Below, piece after piece: positions 39,468-50,605 of a stretch of DNA of 64,000 nucleotides. Source of the stretch: a virus. A program made the position numbers and the translations under genes. Every line of letters begins with the position of its first letter. Position 1 is the first letter of the stretch. Under the pieces are notes generated by a model. That model had not been told where the DNA came from. It was given only the letters and a program-made list of their open reading frames with translations, and did not search any database. The stretch lies in IMG/VR virus record IMGVR_UViG_3300033688_000038, positions 29,341-93,340 of that record. One strand, 5' to 3'.

Positions 39468-41435
39468 TTAAGCTTCCTTATTTTTACTAAGAATGTTAAG
39501 TTTTTCTTCAAGAAATAAAACTCTCTCTTTTAATAACTTAAACTCTTCATTATAATCTAATGTGATCTCTGTTTTAGGTGCAGCTTTATTTATATTAACC
39601 CAGAATTTACTATTAGGTTTAACCCCAACCCAAGCCTCTTGATGACTACCAAAATCTTGAACATACATCTCTCCAACATGACCAACAGTTAGACTAGTTG
39701 TAGGAGCTGCAGCACCACTACGGTAATTCTTAAAATAAGAATCCATTGTTCCACATGTTTTAGTTAACTCAACAACTCTTGATGTTAATGAATTAGCATC
39801 TTTACCACTAACATATGTATCTAATAAATTAACCTTATTCTCAGTAGCCTCTAGGGTAGTTCCAAAATGGTCTACTGTGACACCGATGTGATCTATATCA
39901 CTATCAAGCGTTCCTAAATCTGTTTTAATAAGTGATAATGTATTATGGTTATCTTGTATATCACCTTCCATGATTTTAATCATCTCAGTAACACCAGTAA
40001 CTGTATTTGTGGTATCAAAAACTTTCTTCCATGTAGAAGATTTACCAGCCTCAGTAGCGACATATACAGAGTAATCAACACTATCTCTTATCTTCTGTAT
40101 ATAGATCTCTCCTGCTGAAATTGGAATTACTACACCTAGTGGGTTTCCTCCACCTTGGCTAGCACCAGACAAAGAGACGTTATGATCCTTTGTTCCGATT
40201 CTTTGGTCACTTGAAAAGTAGTTAACTGTATTAAGGAAAGCAACATCATGGAAGTTGTTCATATTCTTTAAGTCAACCCATTTATTATTAGTACCTCCTT
40301 GTAGTGAGAAGTAAAGGTCAAATGTGATTTTTGAATCTACCGTATGTTTGTATAAGTATAATTCACCAGTGGACACTGACGTGATGTTACCAGTTGGAGT
40401 TTTTTCTCCAATCTGAATAGTCGATAGGTTAGAGAAATGTGATGCATTACCAACTCTTTGATCTGGGATGAATGTATTAATCTTATTTGTCTTTGGTACA
40501 AATTGAGAATCCTCCCCACTTTCATTAAGTGGTAGCCATCTTGAACCTCTAGCAATCCATACATTAGAAGATCCTTTACCAGAATTATACTTAGCACTAA
40601 TAAAGAATTGACCCTCATGGTCTGGTAATACACCCCTACCCTCTGGAGTTTCTTCTCCACCATCTATGTAAGATAATATCTGTTTACCTGATAAAGTTTG
40701 ACCTGTAACAGTGAAGTTATTAGCTTTATCATTTAAAACGATTGAAGGAGGAACATCAATTCTAGATGTATTAATCTTCTCCCACTCAAGTCCTTCGTGA
40801 TTATTTCTATATGCAATATATACCGATGGTGAATACGCATCATCACAGATACCTAATTGTCCTCTATAATCAGGAGGGCTTGATGGCTCTTTTGTTTTAA
40901 AAGTTTTAGCTGTAACTAATGGCATATCTTTTACAGTTTGATAAATGTTTGTAAAGTTATTAGGTTGATTATTCATAACAAGATGATCTACAGGAGGGGA
41001 GATTATATGCCACTGTTTATTGATAGCCACATAGGCTGTATGATTATTAGCAGTATGAGTATCTATATAAATATGACCATTACCTTTAATACTCACTGGA
41101 GTTGGAATTGTTGTTCCATATGTAATACATGGAATCTGAGCACCCATAATAGTCTGACTATATTTGGTAAAATTATTATCTGTATCTTCTCTTACTACAT
41201 AATCTGGCAACCCTGTATCATTTTCCCCAAGTGGAGACCAAGTCTTACCATCAGCAATGAATGCTTTACTCTTACCTGCACTAACTGTACAAAGCGCAAT
41301 TTGACCTGGAAAATCACCAGATGCATCTGGAGCAGGAGTTAAAAAACGTTTTACTGAAACAATCTGAGATCCCTTAATCTTCTGATCTACACTTGTATAA
41401 TTATTACTACTTTCTTGATATACTACACTAGTCAT
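39468..41435 (-). CDS. Repeat-rich fibre-like protein, 655 aa
   Basis: About five ~70-80-aa modules ('NNFT...QT...I...P...GQ....YIA...W..I') followed by a coiled coil. Confidence 0.65.
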   Translation of the reverse strand: MTSVVYQESSNNYTSVDQKIKGSQIVSVKRFLTPAPDASGDFPGQIALCTVSAGKSKAFIADGKTWSPLGENDTGLPDYVVREDTDNNFTKYSQTIMGAQIPCITYGTTIPTPVSIKGNGHIYIDTHTANNHTAYVAINKQWHIISPPVDHLVMNNQPNNFTNIYQTVKDMPLVTAKTFKTKEPSSPPDYRGQLGICDDAYSPSVYIAYRNNHEGLEWEKINTSRIDVPPSIVLNDKANNFTVTGQTLSGKQILSYIDGGEETPEGRGVLPDHEGQFFISAKYNSGKGSSNVWIARGSRWLPLNESGEDSQFVPKTNKINTFIPDQRVGNASHFSNLSTIQIGEKTPTGNITSVSTGELYLYKHTVDSKITFDLYFSLQGGTNNKWVDLKNMNNFHDVAFLNTVNYFSSDQRIGTKDHNVSLSGASQGGGNPLGVVIPISAGEIYIQKIRDSVDYSVYVATEAGKSSTWKKVFDTTNTVTGVTEMIKIMEGDIQDNHNTLSLIKTDLGTLDSDIDHIGVTVDHFGTTLEATENKVNLLDTYVSGKDANSLTSRVVELTKTCGTMDSYFKNYRSGAAAPTTSLTVGHVGEMYVQDFGSHQEAWVGVKPNSKFWVNINKAAPKTEITLDYNEEFKLLKERVLFLEEKLNILSKNKEA

Positions 41436-43102
41436 TATAAAACCTCTACAATATTAATACGACCTGAATTATTAACAGATATACCGAAGAACTTACCATT
41501 AGGTGATTTAAGTTTAATCGTATTTATATCTGTGGACTCTATTGATTGGAGAACATCAATCCTACCTGTATTATCTATAGTTATACCCCATACTGTTCTG
41601 TTTGGAGACCTTAGTAGGATATAATCTTTAGATGCTCCACCTCCAGTTTGTTCTACCCAAGATAGTGTTTTACCATTATTTGATAATACTTTATCTTTTG
41701 TGGAAGGTGAACCTGAGATATCATCTTTTTCAAATAATGTAGGTATCGGGTATTTCATCTCCATGCGATAACCAACACCCTTAGCACTAGCACCAGTTAA
41801 TCCTTTAATCAGGATACTGTCTGTCTCTTGTAAATACATACTACTTACAGAGGGGTCAACATCAGTAGGTAATTTAATAGTAAAAGATTCAACAAAAGCT
41901 TTATCTCTTACTGAAATCTTCCACTTAGCATTTTCACCCTTAGGTCCACGAATATCTCCCATATCTTCTGGTTTGACAACACCAAGCATTGACTCAGTAA
42001 TACACCATAACTCTCTAGGTTTAGTTGGATCAGAGGCATCGCCTACAAGGGCTGCCTTTCCCACATTATCAGATACCGCTGGGTATTGAACCAAAAATTC
42101 AGCTAATGTGCCATAAGAGCCAACCATTTGCATAGATTTACCATCTTTGCCATCCTTACCATCTTCACCCTTATCACCTTTTAACTCTTCCATAGCCTCG
42201 TCAATGGTTTTCTCTATCATAGATTTTGCTGTGTCTTCAATTTCATCTTCTATCTTCATACCAATATCATTTGCAATATTAGTAGCCTCAGAAACAGCAG
42301 CAGCAGTAGCAGCCGATACAGCACTAGATACAGCAGTAGCAATAATTGTATCCACAACTGCTGTTGCTACCCCACCTTCTTCACCCTGAGGGCCTTTTGG
42401 TCCCATAGAGCCCTTAGGACCCACTGGACCTTGTATTAACCCACAATCTGTCCAGTTAGCAATATATGTACTAGGTAGTGTATGTGGAGTCCACATATGT
42501 CCAGTTTTAGTTACAAGAAAATAATCACCAATAGTGGCTTTGATTTTAGTTAAATCATTGTTCCAAGTAACATGACCCTTCAGGGCAATACTTTTACCAT
42601 CATGACCATTATCACCTTTGTCACCCATGTCACCTTTTTCTCCAGGCTCTCCTTTCTCTCCAGGAGGACTTATCTCTCCTTGTGGACCTATCTCACCTTG
42701 TAGCCCTCTAGGGCCTGTATCACCCTTCTCACCAGGCTCACCCTTCTCCCCTTGGCTACCTAAGCTGCCAGGCTCACCCTGCTTACCATCGACCCCAGGG
42801 GGCCCTGAAGGCCCCTGTATCTCTTCCTCAAGTACTAATAGCTTCCAAGTATCCTCAGGTTCTTCTTTTGGTGTTTTATATCTCCAAAGTACTGCACCTT
42901 TCTTAGATAGTGGATCAAAACCTGTCTTAAGCTCTAACTCTCTACCATCCTTACCTGTAACACCAGGACTCCCACCTTTCTCTAGAGCTTCAACTCTTAC
43001 AAGAATTGGTGAGATTCTATTGATGTTATATTCTTTTAAATCAACATCCATTACACATGCTGATCTGTCACTGTTAATATTATCTATAATATCTCTAATC
43101 AT
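41435..43102 (-). CDS. Collagen-like (Gly-X-Y) fibre protein, 555 aa
   Basis: Long GXY run '[17 protein letters not shown]...GDNGHDGKS' plus shorter GXY tracts; duplicated C-terminal 'L.SPN...GI...N.GRI'. Confidence 0.85.
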   Translation of the reverse strand: MIRDIIDNINSDRSACVMDVDLKEYNINRISPILVRVEALEKGGSPGVTGKDGRELELKTGFDPLSKKGAVLWRYKTPKEEPEDTWKLLVLEEEIQGPSGPPGVDGKQGEPGSLGSQGEKGEPGEKGDTGPRGLQGEIGPQGEISPPGEKGEPGEKGDMGDKGDNGHDGKSIALKGHVTWNNDLTKIKATIGDYFLVTKTGHMWTPHTLPSTYIANWTDCGLIQGPVGPKGSMGPKGPQGEEGGVATAVVDTIIATAVSSAVSAATAAAVSEATNIANDIGMKIEDEIEDTAKSMIEKTIDEAMEELKGDKGEDGKDGKDGKSMQMVGSYGTLAEFLVQYPAVSDNVGKAALVGDASDPTKPRELWCITESMLGVVKPEDMGDIRGPKGENAKWKISVRDKAFVESFTIKLPTDVDPSVSSMYLQETDSILIKGLTGASAKGVGYRMEMKYPIPTLFEKDDISGSPSTKDKVLSNNGKTLSWVEQTGGGASKDYILLRSPNRTVWGITIDNTGRIDVLQSIESTDINTIKLKSPNGKFFGISVNNSGRINIVEVL

Positions 43103-43113
43103 GTCAACTCCAA

Positions 43114-46100
43114 TTAACTAGCATCACCAGGGTTATAAACTCCACCATACGTTCTAGTGGTTTTAGGCTCTGTTGTACCAGTAGCCTCCGCACGAACTTC
43201 ATGTCCATTATTAAATGATAACCCACCAAAAGTGTTTCTATAAGTACTGGCAATACTAGAAGCGGTTTTAGCTACACTACTAGTAGGGTCAATAGCTAGA
43301 TAACATTTATAAGGGTCAAGTGCGCACTTCTTAATTTTAGTAGCGTCACCTCCAACCTGAGTCACCTCAATTGAGAGTTTAATATCTCTAGTCAAGTGTG
43401 TTGTAGGGAATGATACAACTGCAGATGGATACAACCCTTTAAAGTTACCAGAAACAGCTGGAACCATTTTAACAGTAATATCATTACCAATCTTCTCTTT
43501 AGTATCAGCATTCTTCAATGTGAACACTAGAGAACTAAGGCCAGTAAGATCTTCCTTATCAGCAGTTAAGTGTATACATGTCTTCAAAGAGTAATTACCT
43601 TCATTAATTAAACTGAAAGCAGCACCATTTTTACTAAAGATAATATTAGATTTAGCATCTTGTACAAGCTGCCATTTAATACCACCACCAGATATAAACT
43701 TTTGATCATTTATAGTAGTAAACACAGAGTGATGTTCATCCGTTATGCCATAATCTTTGTAAGACCACACACTCCAAATAGTACCACTTTTCCTATATCT
43801 AGTAAGAACTTTACCAGTTTCAAACTCACAATAAGATTGGAACCAATTAGCATCATTATAATAGATATTACTTAATGAACCAGCCTTACCACCTACAATA
43901 CCAAGACCTCCAGTAGCAATTGTAGCTGATGCACTAGATTGTGAAATATTAGTAACACATAGATTTTTATTATCATCCTCTATGTATCTAGTGGGGTTAG
44001 GTAATGTTACTGGAAACCTTTTAGATATAGATTTAACATGTAAATCCATCTCTGGATAAGCAAAACTCTTCCAATTATTACCATCAGAAAGATAAAGTGT
44101 TGATGTGTTTTTAGTAAAACCAAGACATTCAGTATTACTACCAACTGGACATGCAGTAGCAAGTGATGCTATATTATCAGCAACATTAATAGCACTCTTA
44201 ATATCAACTGTTAATTCTTTAGTACGACCATCATACCTTGAATTAGACAAACCACCTGTGATATTAATCTTATCAATAGGCATATCTTTAGGGGTAATCA
44301 TTGTTTGACCGTCAGCACTAGTCATAGCACCTACACACTTACCAGTAATAATACTAGCAATTGTAGGTGTGTATTCAATATACTGATTATCACCCTCACC
44401 CTCTGTAGTTAACAGTCCACCATTAAGTTTAATCTTATGTACAGATGGATAAGTGACATCAACTTCACCTATACCTTGTGTCTTTTTACCTTTAAGACTT
44501 AATGTACCAATATTAACTGTAGTTTCATCTCCGCTTCCGCTTACAATTGCATTACCTTTAATATTTATCATGTGTACATTTTTACTTATATTCTCTGCAC
44601 CCTTATCATCCATACCCTTGATAGAGATACCTTTAGAGTCCACTTTTATACTCGTATTTTTAGATTCTGTAATAACCTCAGTTACTAAGTTGTCTCCGAA
44701 AGTGATCTTACTAGTGTTAAGTTTAACAGGTTTAGCTTCACCATTATTACCAACAACTTCAATACCACTAGGAGTTCCACCACCTCCACTGCTCTCAACT
44801 GTAACAATAGCAGTATTAGTGCCATCAGTCTCAGTCACATGAGATAATATAGCAGAACCAGCGAATGTTAGTTTACCAACTTTATCTACAATAATAGGAG
44901 CACCATCGGTATCTTTACCAGTAATAGTGTGACCTTTGTAACCTATGACTGACTTAGAGTATTTACCAAGAACAGTATCCGTTACTTCAACTTTTTCTAA
45001 TGTAAGATGGTTCCCCTTTAGTTCAATCTCTTTAGAATCAAAAGCTTTTACGGGAGCACCTGTTGGATCTGTTCCACCAATCAATACAGTCTTTGATTCT
45101 AAGAAAGTAATCTTGGTTGTACCTTTAGTATCAGAAGTATCACCCTCTATCCTAACATTACCAGCAAAGGATAAACCTGACTGCTCTTTACGAATAAGAC
45201 CAGTGTTTGCTTTCCTGACAGTCATCATTTTAGCTGTAACAGAGACACCATCATTGTGTTGACCTGTTTGGTATACATTAAATGAGTTCCTATTAAACCC
45301 TATTGTTTTAGCTTTAGTTGTGTGATATGAACCAGAGGAATCTTCACCTGTCACTGTCACTGTATTATCAGGTGTACCAGGTGTACCACCGCCAGCTGGA
45401 GGAATAGCAATTAACATTGCACCATCATCTGAGAGGCTAGAACCTGTTGTACTATTATTAACTACTGTGATTGATTTGATTGGCTTGCTAGCAGCACCAA
45501 TAGTGCCATCAATACCCTTAATGTACAATGTATTTGAATCATCTATAAAAGATCCTACATTCTCATGAACTTTCAATTTACCAATAGGCTTAGCTGTACC
45601 TTCACCAACTTGAGCCACAAAAGTACTAGTATCTGAGTTTATAGACACAACACCATTAAGTGTCGTAAGTGTAATCCCTTTACCTTGTTTAATATCTTTT
45701 ACTATACCACCATCTGTACCAATCGGAGAGTCAGTGGAATCAAGGGCTCTTATTGCACTAATAGTTAGTTTCTTACCAGGGACATCAACTGTATGGTACG
45801 GACTATTAAAGTGTAATGTATCAACTTGAGCAGGAGATCCTTCTGCAACTTCTACTGTAAGGACTGTACCCACAGACGCTGATTTAGGTGGAACATTGAT
45901 AGTTAAAACACCAGCATCTGTAACAGATGTACTTCCAGCTTCTAATTCTGTTACTACAATCTTACTTAAACCTTTAGTAGCTGAACCAACAACACCTTGT
46001 ACACCTTTCAAATGTAGAGTATTATCAGAGTCTTCATAAACACCAGAATTGACACCAAACTTAAGTCTAGTAATAGGTTTGATAACATCACCACCAGCAT

Positions 46101-48213
46101 TTTGTGATTCCATCTTAGGAGTCTCTAAGATATTAATGTCAAGTGTTCCATCAACAAGTGTTGACTTTTTATTACTACCACTTATTTTAATCTTTTTAAC
46201 TTGACCTTCAGTACCATCACCAATTACACCTACAATACTATTAGTAGTTTGATCTGGTACATTAATGGTTAAGATGCCCTTGTTGATACTTGTAGTTTCA
46301 TTCTTAGTAATTTTGATTTGAGAAATAGGGGTAACTGCTCCATCACCAATCCTAGCTTCTTGTCCTTTAATATATAAAGTTTTCTTATCAGTACCTTCAT
46401 ACACACTGTTAATAGCGTCTGCTTTTATAGTATTAATAGGTTTAACACTGCCATTACCAATCTTAGAGTCTAAAATCTTAGTATCTAATAAATTGATACT
46501 TAATCTACCACCTGAGATAGTAGAACCTGTTGTCTTACCTGTAAGCCTAATTTTGGTAACAGGAGTAGTTGTCCCAGTTCCAATCTGAGCAGAGATTTGA
46601 TCTTGTGAGATAACCTCAACTGTAGCTGCATTAGGTACAACATTTCCTTGTGTATCATAAGAGTCAGATACAGTAACACCTTTACCTTTAAATCTAATCT
46701 CACTAAGTCCAGTCTTAACATCAGTAGGAGTACTAATAGTTGTGGTTTTTGATATTTTCATTGTAGGTAGAGCTTTTACAGAAATAACTTTTGTATTATC
46801 AGCACCTACTTTAGATATTAAACCAAAACCAATAGAGTCAAATTCTAATTGATCTACCTCTGGGAATACAGAGCCAACAGTTTTATCATCAGATACAATT
46901 AACTTCTTAGTTATAGTACTAGTTTCTTTAAAATCAAGAGTTAATATTCCACCCTCAATTGAAGTTCCAGCACCATAAGCACCTTTGATAGCAATCTCAG
47001 TAATAGGTTGAGCAGAGTCTACACTATTGAAACCCCAACGATCACCTGAGCTTGTCCACTTCTCATCACCCGACCACTTCTTACGGAAAGTCTTAGTGTG
47101 TAATGGATTACCAGTAAGTGAATCACTGAAAGTTTGAATACTCTCTTGTACATCTTCTATAGCAGGATTCCATTTATTATTTCCAATCCAGTTAGCTGGT
47201 TCATCCCATGTGTTACGAGGAGAAGTACCATTACCAGTATCTGGGTCCCACTTATTATCACCAATCCATGTCTCAGGTTCATTCCACAGAGTTCTATCTT
47301 GAAGCCTGATATCGCTCCACTTATTACTACCAACCCATGTGTCAGGTTCACCCCACACTGATTTACCTAAATCTTCACCTTTGTAAATCCAGTTCTCTAG
47401 GTCAAACCAGTCTTCTCTGTCACTCCATAAAGCTATTTGTTCTTCTGGTACATCTTCTAGATTCTTACCAACAAGAGTAGCATTAAAATGAGGTATTTTA
47501 AGATTAAGTGTATTATCCGTGACACTAGTACTAGCTGTATTACCAGAGATAATCATATTATCATAATGTTCTGGCTTTAAAGCAGCACCAACTGTTACCA
47601 TTTTATTTGGGATATCAAGTGTTAATGTACCATCACCTATCCTACATAAATCAGAATCACCTGTAATCTCTAGTTTGTTTATATGACCAGAAGCACCTGT
47701 ACCATCTGGTTTCTTAATTTCTGTTGATAGTGATGTTTTAGCACTAACTTCAATAGTAAGATGAGTTGGTTCATCTTTATCTGGTTGTGTAATTGAAGCA
47801 CCTGGGAAGTTAAGAAAATCAGCTACATAATTCTTAGTTCCATTTCCAACGTGAATAGAACCGCCTCCACCTCCACCTCCTGTAAACATAGGTGAGAAGT
47901 CACACTCTGATTGAACACCAGAGTTATTATATAAAGTAAAAGTTTTAGTTGGACCATCTACATGGCACTGTACAAAAGACTTCTTTGTAATAATAGTATT
48001 CTTAGAGACTGTTGGTTCTAGATAATCTAACCTAGATTGAAACTTATTAATAATAGTTTTATTACTTTGTATTTCACTTGCCATTGACTTCATTTGTAAA
48101 TCTGAAGCAGCAGCTTTTATTTCAAGATCATTCACCTTTAAAATAGCAGGGTTTAACGAACCTGTACGTATGGTCTTTTTTAAATCACCATTATTAAAAA
48201 CAGGGATTGCCAT
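43114..48213 (-). CDS. Giant repeat-rich appendage (putative head-fibre) protein, 1699 aa
   Basis: Many ~40-45-aa beta modules ('A.IG.G...PI.KI.I....S.I..G.L.INI'); Trp-rich insert; N-terminal '[16 protein letters not shown]' resembles the shared anchor. Confidence 0.7.
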   Translation of the reverse strand: MAIPVFNNGDLKKTIRTGSLNPAILKVNDLEIKAAASDLQMKSMASEIQSNKTIINKFQSRLDYLEPTVSKNTIITKKSFVQCHVDGPTKTFTLYNNSGVQSECDFSPMFTGGGGGGGSIHVGNGTKNYVADFLNFPGASITQPDKDEPTHLTIEVSAKTSLSTEIKKPDGTGASGHINKLEITGDSDLCRIGDGTLTLDIPNKMVTVGAALKPEHYDNMIISGNTASTSVTDNTLNLKIPHFNATLVGKNLEDVPEEQIALWSDREDWFDLENWIYKGEDLGKSVWGEPDTWVGSNKWSDIRLQDRTLWNEPETWIGDNKWDPDTGNGTSPRNTWDEPANWIGNNKWNPAIEDVQESIQTFSDSLTGNPLHTKTFRKKWSGDEKWTSSGDRWGFNSVDSAQPITEIAIKGAYGAGTSIEGGILTLDFKETSTITKKLIVSDDKTVGSVFPEVDQLEFDSIGFGLISKVGADNTKVISVKALPTMKISKTTTISTPTDVKTGLSEIRFKGKGVTVSDSYDTQGNVVPNAATVEVISQDQISAQIGTGTTTPVTKIRLTGKTTGSTISGGRLSINLLDTKILDSKIGNGSVKPINTIKADAINSVYEGTDKKTLYIKGQEARIGDGAVTPISQIKITKNETTSINKGILTINVPDQTTNSIVGVIGDGTEGQVKKIKISGSNKKSTLVDGTLDINILETPKMESQNAGGDVIKPITRLKFGVNSGVYEDSDNTLHLKGVQGVVGSATKGLSKIVVTELEAGSTSVTDAGVLTINVPPKSASVGTVLTVEVAEGSPAQVDTLHFNSPYHTVDVPGKKLTISAIRALDSTDSPIGTDGGIVKDIKQGKGITLTTLNGVVSINSDTSTFVAQVGEGTAKPIGKLKVHENVGSFIDDSNTLYIKGIDGTIGAASKPIKSITVVNNSTTGSSLSDDGAMLIAIPPAGGGTPGTPDNTVTVTGEDSSGSYHTTKAKTIGFNRNSFNVYQTGQHNDGVSVTAKMMTVRKANTGLIRKEQSGLSFAGNVRIEGDTSDTKGTTKITFLESKTVLIGGTDPTGAPVKAFDSKEIELKGNHLTLEKVEVTDTVLGKYSKSVIGYKGHTITGKDTDGAPIIVDKVGKLTFAGSAILSHVTETDGTNTAIVTVESSGGGGTPSGIEVVGNNGEAKPVKLNTSKITFGDNLVTEVITESKNTSIKVDSKGISIKGMDDKGAENISKNVHMINIKGNAIVSGSGDETTVNIGTLSLKGKKTQGIGEVDVTYPSVHKIKLNGGLLTTEGEGDNQYIEYTPTIASIITGKCVGAMTSADGQTMITPKDMPIDKINITGGLSNSRYDGRTKELTVDIKSAINVADNIASLATACPVGSNTECLGFTKNTSTLYLSDGNNWKSFAYPEMDLHVKSISKRFPVTLPNPTRYIEDDNKNLCVTNISQSSASATIATGGLGIVGGKAGSLSNIYYNDANWFQSYCEFETGKVLTRYRKSGTIWSVWSYKDYGITDEHHSVFTTINDQKFISGGGIKWQLVQDAKSNIIFSKNGAAFSLINEGNYSLKTCIHLTADKEDLTGLSSLVFTLKNADTKEKIGNDITVKMVPAVSGNFKGLYPSAVVSFPTTHLTRDIKLSIEVTQVGGDATKIKKCALDPYKCYLAIDPTSSVAKTASSIASTYRNTFGGLSFNNGHEVRAEATGTTEPKTTRTYGGVYNPGDAS

Positions 48214-48231
48214 TGTTATACTCCTTAAACG

Positions 48232-48270
48232 AAAAAAGGGGGTAAGACTGAATTAACAATCTTACCCCCT
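48232..48270 (-). terminator. Strong rho-independent terminator ending the MCP array
   Basis: 11-bp stem AGGGGGTAAGA/TCTTACCCCCT followed by a T-tract on the - strand. Confidence 0.9.
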
Positions 48271-48291
48271 AATTGGAGTATAACCTAATGG

Positions 48292-48426
48292 TTATTTTTT
48301 AAGTTTTCCCTTCACCACAGGTGTTTTATCAACTGAAGGTCCAACTTCTACAACTGAAGGCTTAACCCTAACAGTCTTTGTAGCTAAAGTTGGATCTACT
48401 GTTGGTGGAGGGTTTACGCCTTTTTT
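48292..48426 (-). other. Putative programmed -1 frameshift (A AAA AAG) giving MCP-8 a 42-aa extension
   Basis: Heptamer at 48426-48420 just before the stop; the -1 frame reads GVNPPPTVDPTLATKTVRVKPSVVEVGPSVDKTPVVKGKLKK* to 48292 and ends 22 nt before the terminator stem. Confidence 0.7.
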
Positions 48427-49337
48427 ACTTCAAGTACACCTGAAGCGAAAGGGTTGCGGTGACGAAGACCTACTTCCATCTCGATCATCCACTTCTCATA
48501 GCTGCCATCTTTAGCTAGCTTAGTACGCTCTGGAGAACGTAGAACCATTTGAGTCCAATCAGATGGAGTGAAGAAGTAAATTGCATCTTCTGGCATCCAA
48601 CGGTTAGGCATTAATTTGTACTCTTGACCTAGTGGGTCTACTAGAGTAGAAACAAATACACTGAACTTAGGAGTGTTCTCAAAGATACGCTGACGAGAAC
48701 CATCACCTTTCTCTTGCAATGCAGAGAATAAAGATGCATGCTTAGGGTGGAACATGATAATGTTCGCATTAGAGCCTGCAAGGTAAAGGTTATAAGTCAA
48801 ACCAAAGATGTCAACTTCTGTAAGAGTTGCACCAGCAGTTTCTGTATGCACAACAGCACCAGTGTCTGTATCAGCAACAGCTTTAGCAGCAACTAATCCA
48901 CGGAAACCTGAAGTCTCACGAGCAACGCCGTTAGAGCCATCAACTTTAGCGATTTGAGTTAGGAATGCATGCTCTAGGTCACGCTTGATTTCTGTACCAG
49001 CTTTTTCCATTTGATATTGAAGCTCTTTACCACGACCGTAGTTTGCTAATGCGTTAGCTGTGTCAGATACTTTAACTACTTTACGTAGAATCTGTGTCAC
49101 GTTGTTATGTACAGTGGTCATCTTTGGTAAGCCGCCTTCAACAGCAGTTTCACCTTCAGCGATAGCATTCTTAGAAACTGGGTTCAGTGCATCTGACTGC
49201 CACTGGAACAAAGTATTCTGGATAGACTCTTTACCAGTCATTGAAGTGAAAGGAGTTTCAGCTGGAGATAGATTAGAAATCCAGTTAGCAAAACTTAATT
49301 TTTTACCGTTTAGGTCATAAGATTGTAGAGTAGCCAT
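48414..49337 (-). CDS. Major capsid protein paralogue 8: bare core, probably the main MCP, 307 aa
   Basis: SU10/phiEco32-type (DUF5309) MCP motifs 'SYDLNGKKLSFANWIS', 'TQILRKVVKVSDTA', 'LAKDGSYEKWMIEMEVGLRHRNP'; own promoter; AGAGGA SD. Confidence 0.92.
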   Translation of the reverse strand: MATLQSYDLNGKKLSFANWISNLSPAETPFTSMTGKESIQNTLFQWQSDALNPVSKNAIAEGETAVEGGLPKMTTVHNNVTQILRKVVKVSDTANALANYGRGKELQYQMEKAGTEIKRDLEHAFLTQIAKVDGSNGVARETSGFRGLVAAKAVADTDTGAVVHTETAGATLTEVDIFGLTYNLYLAGSNANIIMFHPKHASLFSALQEKGDGSRQRIFENTPKFSVFVSTLVDPLGQEYKLMPNRWMPEDAIYFFTPSDWTQMVLRSPERTKLAKDGSYEKWMIEMEVGLRHRNPFASGVLEVKKA

Positions 49338-49355
49338 ATTTAGTAATTCCTCTTT

Positions 49356-49399
49356 TTAAGAAGCTGAACAGCTTCGGATAAGTGAGATATGATTCTCAC
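49356..49399 (-). promoter_or_regulatory. Two hairpins in the 5' leader of MCP-8
   Basis: GTGAGA-atcata-TCTCAC and GAAGCTG-tt-CAGCTTC lie between the promoter and the SD. Confidence 0.45.
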
Positions 49400-49416
49400 A
49401 TTGGATACAAGATAAG

Positions 49417-49444
49417 TATACAACAATTTATGGAAAAACTCACA
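49417..49444 (-). promoter_or_regulatory. Putative late promoter TGTGAG-N15-TTGTATA dedicated to MCP-8
   Basis: Motif copy in the 139-nt gap between MCP-7 and MCP-8. Confidence 0.8.
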
Positions 49445-49476
49445 TAATATATAAAAATAAATTAATATATTATTTT

Positions 49477-50562
49477 TCACCCATAGGGTTTGGTTAAAAG
49501 TGGGATAGTGTTGTCATCAGCAGTTGATTTGATAACTAATACACCTGAAGAGAATGGATTTCTATGTCTAAGACCTACTTCCATTTCTACCATCCACTTT
49601 TCATATGAACCATCTTTAGCAAGCTTGGTGCGCTCTGGTGGTCTTAAAACCATCTGAGTCCAGTCATGAGGAGCAAAGAAGTAGATAACAGATTCAGGCA
49701 TCCATCGATTAGGGATCAACCGATACTCTTGTCCTAATGGATCTACTAGAGTAGAAACATAAGCAGATACCATTGGTGTGTTCTCAAACATACGGACACG
49801 TGTAGAAGCCTTCTCTTGTAATGCACTGAAAGTAGATGCCCATCTTGGATGGAACATAATAATATTAGCACTAGAACCAGCTAAATAAAGATTATAAGTC
49901 ATAGAGAAAATATCTGACTCTTTGACTTCATTACCAATAATATTAGCATCAGGTGATACAAGATTAGTAATACCAAAAACAGTACGAGCACCTGTATCAG
50001 GGTCTGACCAACCATCAATACCTCTACCTGTTTTAGGATCAGGATTTGTGACAGGGTCTGTTAACTTCTTAATACCCTTAAGAGTCATCTTCTTATCTAT
50101 TTCACTTAATGGACTAGCACATAGAGCTATAAAACCAGCAGTCTCTCTAGGATCTGCTCTAGTCTCAGCTTTAGAATCAGCATTGTTCATGAACGTCCAT
50201 TCTAAATCACGTTTAATCTCTTTACCTGCCTTTTCCATTTGATACTGTAATTCTTTACCTCTTCCATAGTTAGAAAGGGCATTGGCAGTATCTGAAATCT
50301 TAACAGTTTTACGTAAGATTTGTGTAATATTAGATCTGACTGTTGTAGTTTTTAAAGCAGAGTCCTTAGCAATATCACCTTCTATCATAGCATTCTTTAC
50401 AGCTTTGTTTAATGAATCATTCTGCCATTGGAATAGTGTTTGAGAGATAGCCTCTTTACCCGTCATAGAACTAAAAGGTGTCTCCTCAGGAGATAGATTA
50501 GAAATCCAATTAGCGAATGATAACTTCTTACCATTCAGATCATAAGATTGTAATGTTGACAT
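49477..50562 (-). CDS. MCP paralogue 7: ~25-aa internal insertion, no Ig domain, 361 aa
   Basis: All core motifs present; insertion 'SEIDKKMTLKGIKKLTDPVTNPDPKTGRGIDG'. Confidence 0.88.
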   Translation of the reverse strand: MSTLQSYDLNGKKLSFANWISNLSPEETPFSSMTGKEAISQTLFQWQNDSLNKAVKNAMIEGDIAKDSALKTTTVRSNITQILRKTVKISDTANALSNYGRGKELQYQMEKAGKEIKRDLEWTFMNNADSKAETRADPRETAGFIALCASPLSEIDKKMTLKGIKKLTDPVTNPDPKTGRGIDGWSDPDTGARTVFGITNLVSPDANIIGNEVKESDIFSMTYNLYLAGSSANIIMFHPRWASTFSALQEKASTRVRMFENTPMVSAYVSTLVDPLGQEYRLIPNRWMPESVIYFFAPHDWTQMVLRPPERTKLAKDGSYEKWMVEMEVGLRHRNPFSSGVLVIKSTADDNTIPLLTKPYG

Positions 50563-50581
50563 ATAATATTATCCTCAGGAG

Positions 50582-50597
50582 AGGGGGCGAACCCCCT
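50582..50597 (-). other. Intercistronic UUCG-loop hairpin between MCP-6 and MCP-7
   Basis: AGGGGG-TTCG-CCCCCT with no U-tract. Confidence 0.7.
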
Positions 50598-50605
50598 TTC
50601 AGTTA

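Noticed and set aside
42147-43121. + strand Pro/Ser-rich ORFs
   Set aside because: Reverse complement of the collagen GXY codons.
49465-49500. Possible frameshift extension of MCP-7
   Set aside because: No XXXYYYZ slippery heptamer, and the alternative frames stop within a few codons.
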